The translations under genes and the position numbers were made by a program. The notes beneath the pieces are model-generated. The model did no database searches. It was not told the origin of the DNA and saw only the letters and a list, made by a program, of their open reading frames with translations. Below, in pieces: positions 36,201 through 44,197 of a stretch of 53,701 nucleotides of DNA. Positions within the stretch are counted from its first letter, which is position 1. The number at the start of each line of letters is the position of its first letter. The stretch comes from a virus. Taxonomy: Duplodnaviria; Caudoviricetes. The DNA is taken from positions 1 through 53,701 of IMG/VR virus record IMGVR_UViG_3300017971_000343. One strand, given 5' to 3'.

Positions 36201-38444
36201 TAATGAAACATGGAATCTTTTATATGGATTGCTGAAACTAGATTCCTGAACAGCACTGCCTATTGTCCTTTTAGTACCATCGTCCCCTGTATAATGAATC
36301 ATACTCTTAGGAAGCCACATATTCAAATCTGGATAATAACAACCATTACTATCAAATGTCGATCCGGGTTCGATAAACGGATTCCCGTCAAACTTGGTGA
36401 AAGTAGTAAAATTAGTGCTTTGAGCAAATCCTATTTTCGCATATTCTCCCGTGCTTTCACCAACATATGCCATATAAACCGCATTGCCACGATATTTTAC
36501 CGACGGTTGTTTTACAGCAAGGGAATCCCATGCCCCTGCCGCACCAACATCAAGGACAATTCTTCTGTCTGCCCTTGTTCTCCATTTCACCCAATTGCTT
36601 GTATCCTGATTATCATCTATCGTATACGCCCCACCGATTTTTGTAACTCTGTAAGAATTGTTTGCAACCCTTGCCATCTTATCAGCATCATAATCATATG
36701 CATAAGTGGACGCACTATCTTCCCCATATCCAACATATTGCAAGCATATGTCATTCCCGCTTACGCCCGATACAGTGCATACTTCGTAATGATCCTGATC
36801 AAAAATTATTGCAAGATCATTGTCAATAAACTTAGTGCCGTCTGATACTGTTATTGAAACAGAAGATTGCCCCTGACTTGAAACCGAAGAAGAAATACTA
36901 ACCCTCGGTCGCTCCCTTGCAGTATAATACATAGCCATGACACCCGGAGCAGACCTCTCATCCCCCTGAATTATTGCAGGATCGGACACTATTTCATCCC
37001 ATACAGCAGGCATGAAAGGTCTAACATTATCTATATAAAGAGTATCGGTTCCGCTTGGTGTACTGTCAGGTTGCACGTCAAATATTACCGACCTAATATA
37101 TTTTCGACCCGCAAAAGAACTAAAATCAAAAGATGTGCTTCCTGTCGCCGCACCTCGTAAAACATTCTCAAAAGTATGAGTAGTAGATGTTCCATCTGCG
37201 GCAAGCAATTTTACAGTTATATCGCCCTGAGTATTTGTCCCGCTTCCCTTATAGTTAAATTGAAAATAATTATAATTACTACCGTTAGTATCATCGGAAG
37301 TTACTTCGAAATTCATAGGTACTGGCATTAACCCCCATAATTCCCCTGCATCAGTATACTCGCATTTCAAGCACGTTACGCCTGTCATTGCAGTTGTAGT
37401 ATCAAGGGAAATAGTCAGATCTGAATCTTCGGAATCCCATACCATGTGCAATTCATCGCTATCTGCATACCCGTTGAATGTTTCAGTTTCGTTCCCATGC
37501 CTTATAATCGGATTTAATTTTTTCGGATTTTGGTTCCCTAAAAATTGACTCCAATTATAATAATCCTGTTCCTCTTTTGATAAAGCAAGACCTATTTGAG
37601 AACTATACTTTTCCCTGTTTCCGGAAAAGAACAATCCGGGCTTATTCCATTCTTCCTTTTCATCCTTTTCGTATGTGTCAACGCCGTCTAATATTCTTCC
37701 GCTCTCAATACCATCGCCTGCCCAATCCCAGGGATATTCCGTCTGCAATCCAAATAAAGGATTATCAGTATCCCTTGTCCATTTCGTATTTGTATTGATA
37801 ACATAAAGTTTATCATCCCTGCTTACTGGTAACGCAAGTTTTTCTATGTATATTCTTGTATATTCATCACTTAAAGTATTATTAACTCCTTCAAGGGATC
37901 TGCCCTCTGTGCAGTCATTGGAATTTAATATTTTATATATCATTACCTGATTATCTTTACTTTTAGAATGTATGGCAACATAATCACCCTGAACAATATT
38001 AGTGTTTTTTACAACATCAACATATCTGAGAGTTGAGACAAGTAATCCATCAGACATATTATAACTATTATCAACAGTTTCAGTTAAATTTAAAGATTGG
38101 TCGTGGACTATGTTGTCAATCAACCCAACTTCCTGATGGTTGGAATCTTCTATAAGAACATAATCCCCATCGGCAAATCCATTTGTATAGGTAACAGATA
38201 TTCCACTATCAGTGTCAGCAACCAGATCCCCGCATGGAGCCTCTATTGCCGCAGGGTCAACCGTTCCGCTCGTTACGGTGGAACCGGGAGCATACAAAAG
38301 ACCTAGTCTTTTATGCTTCCACCTATCCCCGCTTATCTCTACCTGTCCTGCATAAATATCCCCGTCTGGACCAATATCTATATTTTCAACATGAATTTCA
38401 TCCCCAAGCCAATCTTGCAGGGTATTATATGTAAGTGTTGTCAT
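33267..38444 (-). CDS. Large tail/baseplate protein with carbohydrate-binding, beta-propeller (GH32/43-like blade) and LamG-like segments
   Basis: Follows the distal tail gene. Contains G..WD.....P blade repeats, WDF...DNSGKGN (LamG-like), and a hub-like C-terminus (LAQACDGVVYTNNQGDIYF). Confidence 0.7.
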   Translation of the reverse strand: MTTLTYNTLQDWLGDEIHVENIDIGPDGDIYAGQVEISGDRWKHKRLGLLYAPGSTVTSGTVDPAAIEAPCGDLVADTDSGISVTYTNGFADGDYVLIEDSNHQEVGLIDNIVHDQSLNLTETVDNSYNMSDGLLVSTLRYVDVVKNTNIVQGDYVAIHSKSKDNQVMIYKILNSNDCTEGRSLEGVNNTLSDEYTRIYIEKLALPVSRDDKLYVINTNTKWTRDTDNPLFGLQTEYPWDWAGDGIESGRILDGVDTYEKDEKEEWNKPGLFFSGNREKYSSQIGLALSKEEQDYYNWSQFLGNQNPKKLNPIIRHGNETETFNGYADSDELHMVWDSEDSDLTISLDTTTAMTGVTCLKCEYTDAGELWGLMPVPMNFEVTSDDTNGSNYNYFQFNYKGSGTNTQGDITVKLLAADGTSTTHTFENVLRGAATGSTSFDFSSFAGRKYIRSVIFDVQPDSTPSGTDTLYIDNVRPFMPAVWDEIVSDPAIIQGDERSAPGVMAMYYTARERPRVSISSSVSSQGQSSVSITVSDGTKFIDNDLAIIFDQDHYEVCTVSGVSGNDICLQYVGYGEDSASTYAYDYDADKMARVANNSYRVTKIGGAYTIDDNQDTSNWVKWRTRADRRIVLDVGAAGAWDSLAVKQPSVKYRGNAVYMAYVGESTGEYAKIGFAQSTNFTTFTKFDGNPFIEPGSTFDSNGCYYPDLNMWLPKSMIHYTGDDGTKRTIGSAVQESSFSNPYKRFHVSLLVYPMSSLGYPPVDGAVLFDMGNFWVEVTHENMVQAHAYVDGQWYTAEPTPEQSMNMGFGHFLMHDHWNYIVAQFTGDQLECYRVSMMPRIGGGNGFENGWGGADYFARSPWMMTNGVVEGDTSVTLTRQYSWVDGVTDYEGSGQDILFWGRPAVGATEYMSGAQVQLNRIVNVTDNGDDTYDCDLLNPIGPWGFSNVQQFPGASYHGVMLAQGHLKSSQQWRDLVRDYLDTSTYPSGYMSVHLPSVDINHMFSFTYNTSNQDGQGYGLPDVIWKKGYTSVSSEGPKILDPSLSMPPMLGNGYNLALQDQNKKAGYTVGYIGHCDIGLDILFINPQGEVGGMVPTYRQFINNGDASFPMPPWYKFDLSDDGAMADMHQSLGFWDFASNFEGAGNLITDNSGKGNTLYLRGGATVIEGGYLGYALNMTNKTTDCAECQLYTEDFNKLNAGDYQIDVGSSGEWDENNIQAPHLFKAIDSYNMLYSGEGRIPPRGGPGTIIGDVFETGNLSVGITLSGSFYLYSNNTVTIAASWEKKPVWHSVWSTSSAGTQTMPETYVAMPGTTTDYFYSVRWAIILANTHATGRSPIVNNFTVEYTDPGQVPSTAFMTAQNSTNSTPIYRVQLVPASGAREDEKINITDYITSISDLNSEVPVKPDDLGNIVAGDVTLIVNNEDRYFSELDTSSIFYNRNYLSDEIRIFTGFQLSSRSEYYLSGRYYIDRVEISNDETAQIYCRSLLREAIDTKLGMPVDNTPDPKIYQGQWRVKDIMHDLLFTEANIPGEDIFLEDYEQYFSNVTIQEQSIGDVLFKLAQACDGVVYTNNQGDIYFKTWGNITSHSATTGVTLTENDNAVTVKYTGQRRDRLVKEAVVTGEDFVQASATSGTLTYGKTVKIENPYIQEDDVATTIANNIIRRYNTVQAEMEINSAYLPSLKLLDTVKVTDHFSGLAGATFLVNYMSKNISFDDLNDLYRLTKNLAKG

Positions 38445-38447
38445 CTA

Positions 38448-38885
38448 TTAAGAATCCCCAAGTGTAAATGTTGAAGGTATTTCGGAAAGTAAAGACGTTC
38501 CTACAAGTTCTATGTTTCCATAGTAACCTATAGGCGTAAATCCGGCTACGAACGTAAAATTAAAATCATTAGTCCATTGCACCATAAAAGATGCACCTGA
38601 CGCACTAACAGGCGCAGGGTTTATTATAAATTCCTGATGTGTATTATATACAGTCCTGAGATTATCATATTGATCATTTCTAATATAACTACTTTCGTTG
38701 AAGGTAAGATTAAAATGGATGATATAGCCACGATGATAATATTTTGTAAGCCCGCTACCGAGTTTTGTTTCGTTTTGAACATGCTCGTACCAGTGAGCTA
38801 TTTTAGGGTTGTATTCGAATTGGTATTCAGTATAGGGCGAATCGTCGTATAAGAATTTTATGTTGTCTTGATCAAAAACTGCCAT
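38448..38885 (-). CDS. Distal tail protein-like
   Basis: Position directly after the tape measure gene, size, and beta-rich sequence. Confidence 0.55.
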   Translation of the reverse strand: MAVFDQDNIKFLYDDSPYTEYQFEYNPKIAHWYEHVQNETKLGSGLTKYYHRGYIIHFNLTFNESSYIRNDQYDNLRTVYNTHQEFIINPAPVSASGASFMVQWTNDFNFTFVAGFTPIGYYGNIELVGTSLLSEIPSTFTLGDS

Positions 38886-38894
38886 TATTTATCT

Positions 38895-41800
38895 TCACAC
38901 CCTTCCATATCCATCGTCCTGCATTGCAGGTTTTATTTTTTGCCTGTAAAGTTTTCTCCAATACGCAGGATCATCAAAATTCCCAGCACCAACATACAGG
39001 TTTACAGTGTTCCCGCCACCGCCAGTTCCCAACATTCTTGAAGGCATCATGTTCATGCCGGAAAACAATCTTTCTGCCATTGTGCCGAAGAAATCCTTTA
39101 TGTAGTCTCTCGGCAACACAACTTCGTTCGGATGAAGTATTGCAGGGATTGGTTTGGTTCCATGGGTTATCATCCCTTCTGCCGCCTGTGGTATTTTAGG
39201 TAAACTGCCCGGACCTTTCTGGACATATCCTCCTTCTGCAAACATCCCACCTCCAGCGACGGCGCTTGCGAGACCCCTGATAACTCCGAGACCAGATAAT
39301 GACGTGATTGCGGCAGATATCATATCAGCAAGAGCCCTCTTAAATGCTTTTTTCATGTTTTCCCACATTTCACTCATAGATTCAGAAAAACTTTGTCCTT
39401 CTTCAAACATACGGTAAAAAGCATCTGATAATTCCCGCTCAAAAGTATTTATAACGTCAACAATTGCTTGCGCAATACCCCTAAAAACACCCATTATCAT
39501 TTCGCCGATTATCCCCGACTTTCCTCCGAGACTTTCCATCCCCTGACTCATTGCACTGGTTGCCTGCCCCCAAGCTGATTCCATTCCTGCCGCAGTCTGA
39601 TCCCATAAATTGCCAGTTTTATTCGCAAGGTCAAGATTTGTCATGGAAAATTGTTCCGCTTTGCCTTCCAACGCACCTTCGGGCAAATAATCGCTAAGGT
39701 ATTCTTCCCCGGTTCCCCCGCTTTCTCCAACATTTAATGCGGGCAAGTTTACAGTCCCCATCGTGGAAAGCAATATATATCTTCTATATAATTCCCAAAG
39801 ATTTTTGTTTAAATAATCTACCTGTTTGATTTGTTCTTTAATCTGTTGTATGTAATAATCTACAACCCACGTCGATTGACCATACTGTTCTCGTACAATC
39901 TCAACTCCAGCCGCTAACCGTTCGAACTCTTCCTTTTGTTCCCTTGTTAATTCCTTGCCCGTTTTTAAATGTTCAGATAATGCCTGTAAAGAATGGATGT
40001 AACTCGATAGTAAATTAAAACCATCTTCTACAGATCTTGTGTATTTCTCCTGTTCTTCGGTTCCATCAGATGTATAATCATTAACTTTTGTTTGAGTATT
40101 TATAAAAAAATCCGTAAAATCCTTGTATGTTTGATATTTATTATGCAATGTTTTTACAAATGTTTCCCCTTCTTCTTTCGTTATTTTCTCAGCAAGGACA
40201 GCTTTTCTAATTTCAGTGTCCCAAAAATCTAAGAATTTATCACTGTCAACATTTTCTGCTTTTTTTAATAGTTCAGTTCTTTTTTTAATATCTTGATTGA
40301 ACCAATCCCACCAGCTTGTAGATTCATCCATAAATTCTTTTACGTAAGAAGTTATATCTTTTTTTGCTTGAACCATTGCGTGTTCATGCAGGTTAGTCAT
40401 GTTCCTAAAAACTGCTTCAAACCATTTATTCAATATTGGAGTAAGATGTTTCATTATATAAATGCCTACACCCTGAAAATATTTTTTTAGTTTCTCAATC
40501 TGCTTACCGACTTCAACGACACTATCTACAAAATCTTTTTCAAAATATGCCCCCATATCTTTAGCATCTTTATTAAATTTTCTTATCCCAGCAGACCCAT
40601 TTTCTATGATAGGAATGAATTCACGTCCTGTTCTTTCAAATACTGCAATCGCAACACCAGCCTTTGTGCTTGCACTTGTTAATTTGGAAAATCTATCGGC
40701 AATTAAATTTAACTGATCTTCAGGTTTTAAATCTTTTAAGTCTTTAAACGATAAGCCCAATTGACGATAAGCCCATGCTACACGCCCCTTTCCACCACCT
40801 TCCTGCCCTAGCAGGGATATAGATTTACCCATATATGCCAATGCTCTCTGTAATTGTTCCGTAGTAATAAGATAAGTCTTCGCAGCGAGGTCTAATCCCG
40901 AAAGTGCTTCCGTAGAAAATCCGGTAATTTTGGATAGCTGATCCATCTGGCGAGCGGCATCAATAATACCAAGAGTTAAATCTTTCATAAAATCTATCGT
41001 TTTAAATATAACAAAGTATGTTGCAAACCTCGTTGCCCAATGTTTTGTATACCTAAGAAATGCTTGCATTTCGGTTCTTCTTCTACCAAAATGAGCTTTT
41101 TCACTTTTCTCAGCCTGATTCTGCATTCTTTTTTCAGCTTGATATCTTTCAAGGACAAGCTTTTTTCTCATTTTAGCAAGATTTTCTTCACCCTTAAATC
41201 TATTTTTTGTAGATTTTATTCTTGCCATATCCGATTCTCTTTGAGCTTTAAGTTTCTGTCCTTGCATAAATTCTTCGATTCTTGCAGATTCCCTTTCTTG
41301 CTTTATTTTTTCTCGATATCTTCCATAGTCGCTCTTACTTAAATCATCATTCAATTGTTCGATCCGTTTTACTCTACCGTCTGCACTCTTTATGGTTTCC
41401 TTATCTGTATCCTGTTGAAGATCGAGATTGTCTTTCATCATCTTTTCTTTAGTTTTCCCGCCAGTTATTTCTGCCGTTTCTATCTCACCTAAATATTTCT
41501 TTTGCATATCAACGTCACGCTGAGCCCAATATTCTCTACTTTCATATTCCCGCTCTGCCATCTGAGTTGTCTTTTTTAAATGTTCAGTATTTAATGCATC
41601 GTATTTTTGCATAACTCTACCAAGATCTGTCATACCAGTAACCATGCCCCTTTGCCCAGCACCTTCCATCGCAGTGCCAGCACCTTTTCTCCTTACTTGA
41701 TCCATCTTTTCGATGTATCGTTGAATCTTATTCATTTCACCTTCGATTACACGACTGGCATGTTTAAAATCCTTTTCAACTCCTTGCAAACTAACAGATT

Positions 41801-41912
41801 GACTTTTTTCAAACTTCTTTAATGCATCTTCAGCTTTTTTAAGATGATCTACATAGTGTTTTTGTATCTCAATATATAACTCGTATAAAAAATCTTTATC
41901 AGCATTTACCAT
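38895..41912 (-). CDS. Tail tape measure protein
   Basis: Long helical protein; LSKITGFSTEALS, FAEGGYV and PAILHPNEVVLP motifs. Confidence 0.9.
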   Translation of the reverse strand: MVNADKDFLYELYIEIQKHYVDHLKKAEDALKKFEKSQSVSLQGVEKDFKHASRVIEGEMNKIQRYIEKMDQVRRKGAGTAMEGAGQRGMVTGMTDLGRVMQKYDALNTEHLKKTTQMAEREYESREYWAQRDVDMQKKYLGEIETAEITGGKTKEKMMKDNLDLQQDTDKETIKSADGRVKRIEQLNDDLSKSDYGRYREKIKQERESARIEEFMQGQKLKAQRESDMARIKSTKNRFKGEENLAKMRKKLVLERYQAEKRMQNQAEKSEKAHFGRRRTEMQAFLRYTKHWATRFATYFVIFKTIDFMKDLTLGIIDAARQMDQLSKITGFSTEALSGLDLAAKTYLITTEQLQRALAYMGKSISLLGQEGGGKGRVAWAYRQLGLSFKDLKDLKPEDQLNLIADRFSKLTSASTKAGVAIAVFERTGREFIPIIENGSAGIRKFNKDAKDMGAYFEKDFVDSVVEVGKQIEKLKKYFQGVGIYIMKHLTPILNKWFEAVFRNMTNLHEHAMVQAKKDITSYVKEFMDESTSWWDWFNQDIKKRTELLKKAENVDSDKFLDFWDTEIRKAVLAEKITKEEGETFVKTLHNKYQTYKDFTDFFINTQTKVNDYTSDGTEEQEKYTRSVEDGFNLLSSYIHSLQALSEHLKTGKELTREQKEEFERLAAGVEIVREQYGQSTWVVDYYIQQIKEQIKQVDYLNKNLWELYRRYILLSTMGTVNLPALNVGESGGTGEEYLSDYLPEGALEGKAEQFSMTNLDLANKTGNLWDQTAAGMESAWGQATSAMSQGMESLGGKSGIIGEMIMGVFRGIAQAIVDVINTFERELSDAFYRMFEEGQSFSESMSEMWENMKKAFKRALADMISAAITSLSGLGVIRGLASAVAGGGMFAEGGYVQKGPGSLPKIPQAAEGMITHGTKPIPAILHPNEVVLPRDYIKDFFGTMAERLFSGMNMMPSRMLGTGGGGNTVNLYVGAGNFDDPAYWRKLYRQKIKPAMQDDGYGRV

Positions 41913-42410
41913 TTATCGTTTCACCCCCTTTAATTCTCTTTTTAAATTATCTTTTAAAATTTTCATCACATCTATGTCCTGCGCAGTCCATACAAGCACG
42001 GGTCTTGGTAGCATCTTGCTTGTTCCCTTAATTACCCACTCAACATGTTCATCCCATCCCTGCAACCATCCGACAGCACCTTTTATACCTTCCGTTATAT
42101 ACTCGGTTTTCTTGCCCAATTCGTCAGACATCATATGCTCCACTTCATGCACTCCCCATTCTGGTTCATGCCCGTGAAACTGTATCCCAGCATGTCTACT
42201 CGCAAAAGGATGGTCAAAATATGCTCCCAAAACATAATAATGCTGTTCTGGAGATCCTCCGTGCATCGTAAAAGATATATTTTGTTTAACGGCAGAATAA
42301 TATTCCTGTATTGTCCAATCCATAGCCCTTTTACATGCAGACCGAACTTCCTTTGTTTTGTCTTCCATCTGCTTCTTAAAATTTACGTGATATCCCTGTC
42401 TTTTTGCCAA
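41913..42410 (-). CDS. HK97 gp10-like neck/tail completion protein
   Basis: C-terminal GTSKMLPRP motif. Confidence 0.6.
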   Translation of the reverse strand: MAKRQGYHVNFKKQMEDKTKEVRSACKRAMDWTIQEYYSAVKQNISFTMHGGSPEQHYYVLGAYFDHPFASRHAGIQFHGHEPEWGVHEVEHMMSDELGKKTEYITEGIKGAVGWLQGWDEHVEWVIKGTSKMLPRPVLVWTAQDIDVMKILKDNLKRELKGVKR

Positions 42411-42413
42411 TCG

Positions 42414-42749
42414 CTACACCTTCTCCGCATATCCCCTTGATTGTAATTTGTTCATCGCCCTATCCAATGCTTCGTAATCTGCTTTCGTTTGAGGTTTTTT
42501 CAATACTACCCCCTTCTTTTCTCCTTTTGGGTCTTTTATCTTTTCGATCATCTTCTGATTTATCCTTGAATTATTGTAAACAAAGTTTCTAACTTGATCT
42601 CCTGTATGTTCCCACAAAAGCTCTCGATAAGTCCATCCGGTCTCCGTAATAATCCCAGCAATCATTTCTCCTATGGTTTCAATTTTGATGCCATCTGACT
42701 CAGCTTTGACTGTTTTAGAATTGATCTTATCGAAGAGAATTCGAAAAAA
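42414..42749 (-). CDS. Tail assembly chaperone, frameshift extension (lambda gpT-like)
   Basis: Overlaps the upstream chaperone in the -1 frame; entered at T TTT TTC; TGWTYRELLW. Confidence 0.65.
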   Translation of the reverse strand, partial: FFRILFDKINSKTVKAESDGIKIETIGEMIAGIITETGWTYRELLWEHTGDQVRNFVYNNSRINQKMIEKIKDPKGEKKGVVLKKPQTKADYEALDRAMNKLQSRGYAEKV

Positions 42750-43105
42750 TCGAACATCACATCGCATGACAGGCTTAACCCAAACTTTTCATTTTTTATC
42801 TGTTCTACACTAAAGCCTGTGTAGCAAGCCATCATTTCAAATAACTTGTCATGCCTTTCAGTATCGGTATCTTTCCTTAGCCTTTCAATAACATAGCCAA
42901 CGCTAAGCTCAGGATCACCTTCCTCTCTATACGCTTCTTTAAGTTCTTCCATCAGCATGTTGATTTTTAATTCATCCCCATAAAATATAGGCTTTAGCTT
43001 GATCTTCTCTCCGTTCGCATCTGTAATAACATCCTGATCCCCAAGAATCTCCTTGAATTCTGCAATTGCAACTTTTGCATCGTTTAGATTTTTAATCTCG
43101 TTCAT
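42671..43105 (-). CDS. Tail assembly chaperone (lambda gpG-like)
   Basis: Directly after the tail tube gene; carries a slippery heptamer near its 3' end. Confidence 0.7.
   Translation of the reverse strand: MNEIKNLNDAKVAIAEFKEILGDQDVITDANGEKIKLKPIFYGDELKINMLMEELKEAYREEGDPELSVGYVIERLRKDTDTERHDKLFEMMACYTGFSVEQIKNEKFGLSLSCDVMFDFFEFSSIRSILKQSKLSQMASKLKP
42743..42749 (-). other. Programmed -1 ribosomal frameshift site T TTT TTC
   Basis: X XXY YYZ heptamer correctly phased in the upstream frame (GAT TTT TTC); the downstream ORF is in the -1 frame. Confidence 0.7.
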
Positions 43106-43145
43106 GTTCCCTATATCCTTTTCTCCTTGTTTGTTGTTAAATTAT

Positions 43146-43173
43146 AAAAACAAGGGCGGGACATGCCCGCCCC
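43146..43173 (-). terminator. Rho-independent terminator after the tail tube gene
   Basis: GGGCGGG-catgt-CCCGCCC followed by TTGTTTTT. Confidence 0.85.
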
Positions 43174-43180
43174 GTTAAAT

Positions 43181-43765
43181 TTAAGACGCATTTAGGCGTC
43201 TGTATCTGTACAACTGGCTTCCTGCACTCAATGTAGTGCCAAGCCAATCTGAAGTTCCGTTCCACAAATCAAACGAGTAGTCAAATTTGTTGTAATCAGA
43301 AGGATTGAACGGATATGTCAATGCTCCGTTCCCTGAACATTTCCAAATATCGAGACTGATCGTAGCTCCTGTTGGCGTTCTGTGAAAAACTTCTAGTTGT
43401 AAATTAGCAACAGAAATCGTTCCCCCGAAATCATATCGTTCACTGCTTCCTGTAATAGCTGTAGTTCCTGCACCAAGGGCACGATACATATTCTCTATGT
43501 TCCACTCCCACCCCTTTACATTCAAAGTTCCTACCTCTTCAATACAATGTTTTATCGTAGTCCTCTGTGGTGTCCCCTGTTTACAACTCAATAAAGTTCG
43601 GGTGACCTCAAGCGTAACTTCATCTATAGTCCCAAAATCAGTTCCATTGTTATATGGTGTAACACCAGCGGCAGTAGGGGTCGTATAACTTTGACCATAC
43701 AATATACATTGACCTAAAGTTATACTGTCAGTTGTTTGACTAGGTATGTTATAATTAGTCGCCAT
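43181..43765 (-). CDS. Major tail tube protein
   Basis: Position, size, strong GGGGGTGA ribosome-binding site, terminator behind it, Thr/Gly-rich beta sequence. Confidence 0.75.
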   Translation of the reverse strand: MATNYNIPSQTTDSITLGQCILYGQSYTTPTAAGVTPYNNGTDFGTIDEVTLEVTRTLLSCKQGTPQRTTIKHCIEEVGTLNVKGWEWNIENMYRALGAGTTAITGSSERYDFGGTISVANLQLEVFHRTPTGATISLDIWKCSGNGALTYPFNPSDYNKFDYSFDLWNGTSDWLGTTLSAGSQLYRYRRLNAS

Positions 43766-43783
43766 TTAATATCACCCCCTATT

Positions 43784-44194
43784 TTAAGTTCTCCTCAATG
43801 CAAATACTTCGAACGTGCAATAACAATTATATGTTATCGGTTCGCTGTCGGGGTCTATTGTATGCCTCGGAGTATCTGGCATCCCCCCCGTTACTATATG
43901 GTAATTTGTATTTCTAAAATTTTTGATCGCCAATGCACTCTTCATCGCAGAATATATTTGAGCAGCTTCCTTTAATGTTTCTGCATGAGTTCTTATTTCA
44001 AACATGAATCTGGATTCTGTGCTCAATGCTCCACCAACCCGTACGGGCATTACAATATAAAATGTTATGCAGGGAAATTCAACACTTCTTATTTCGGCAA
44101 TCCTCTGCGGATAAACCCTGTCTTTCACGTATCCTTTGACAGTACTGTCTGACTCTAACTCGTTAATAAATATTTGAAATAATTTATGCAACAT
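43784..44194 (-). CDS. Tail terminator/completion protein
   Basis: VKDRVYP...FPCITF; immediately upstream of the tail tube gene. Confidence 0.7.
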   Translation of the reverse strand: MLHKLFQIFINELESDSTVKGYVKDRVYPQRIAEIRSVEFPCITFYIVMPVRVGGALSTESRFMFEIRTHAETLKEAAQIYSAMKSALAIKNFRNTNYHIVTGGMPDTPRHTIDPDSEPITYNCYCTFEVFALRRT

Positions 44195-44197
44195 ATT

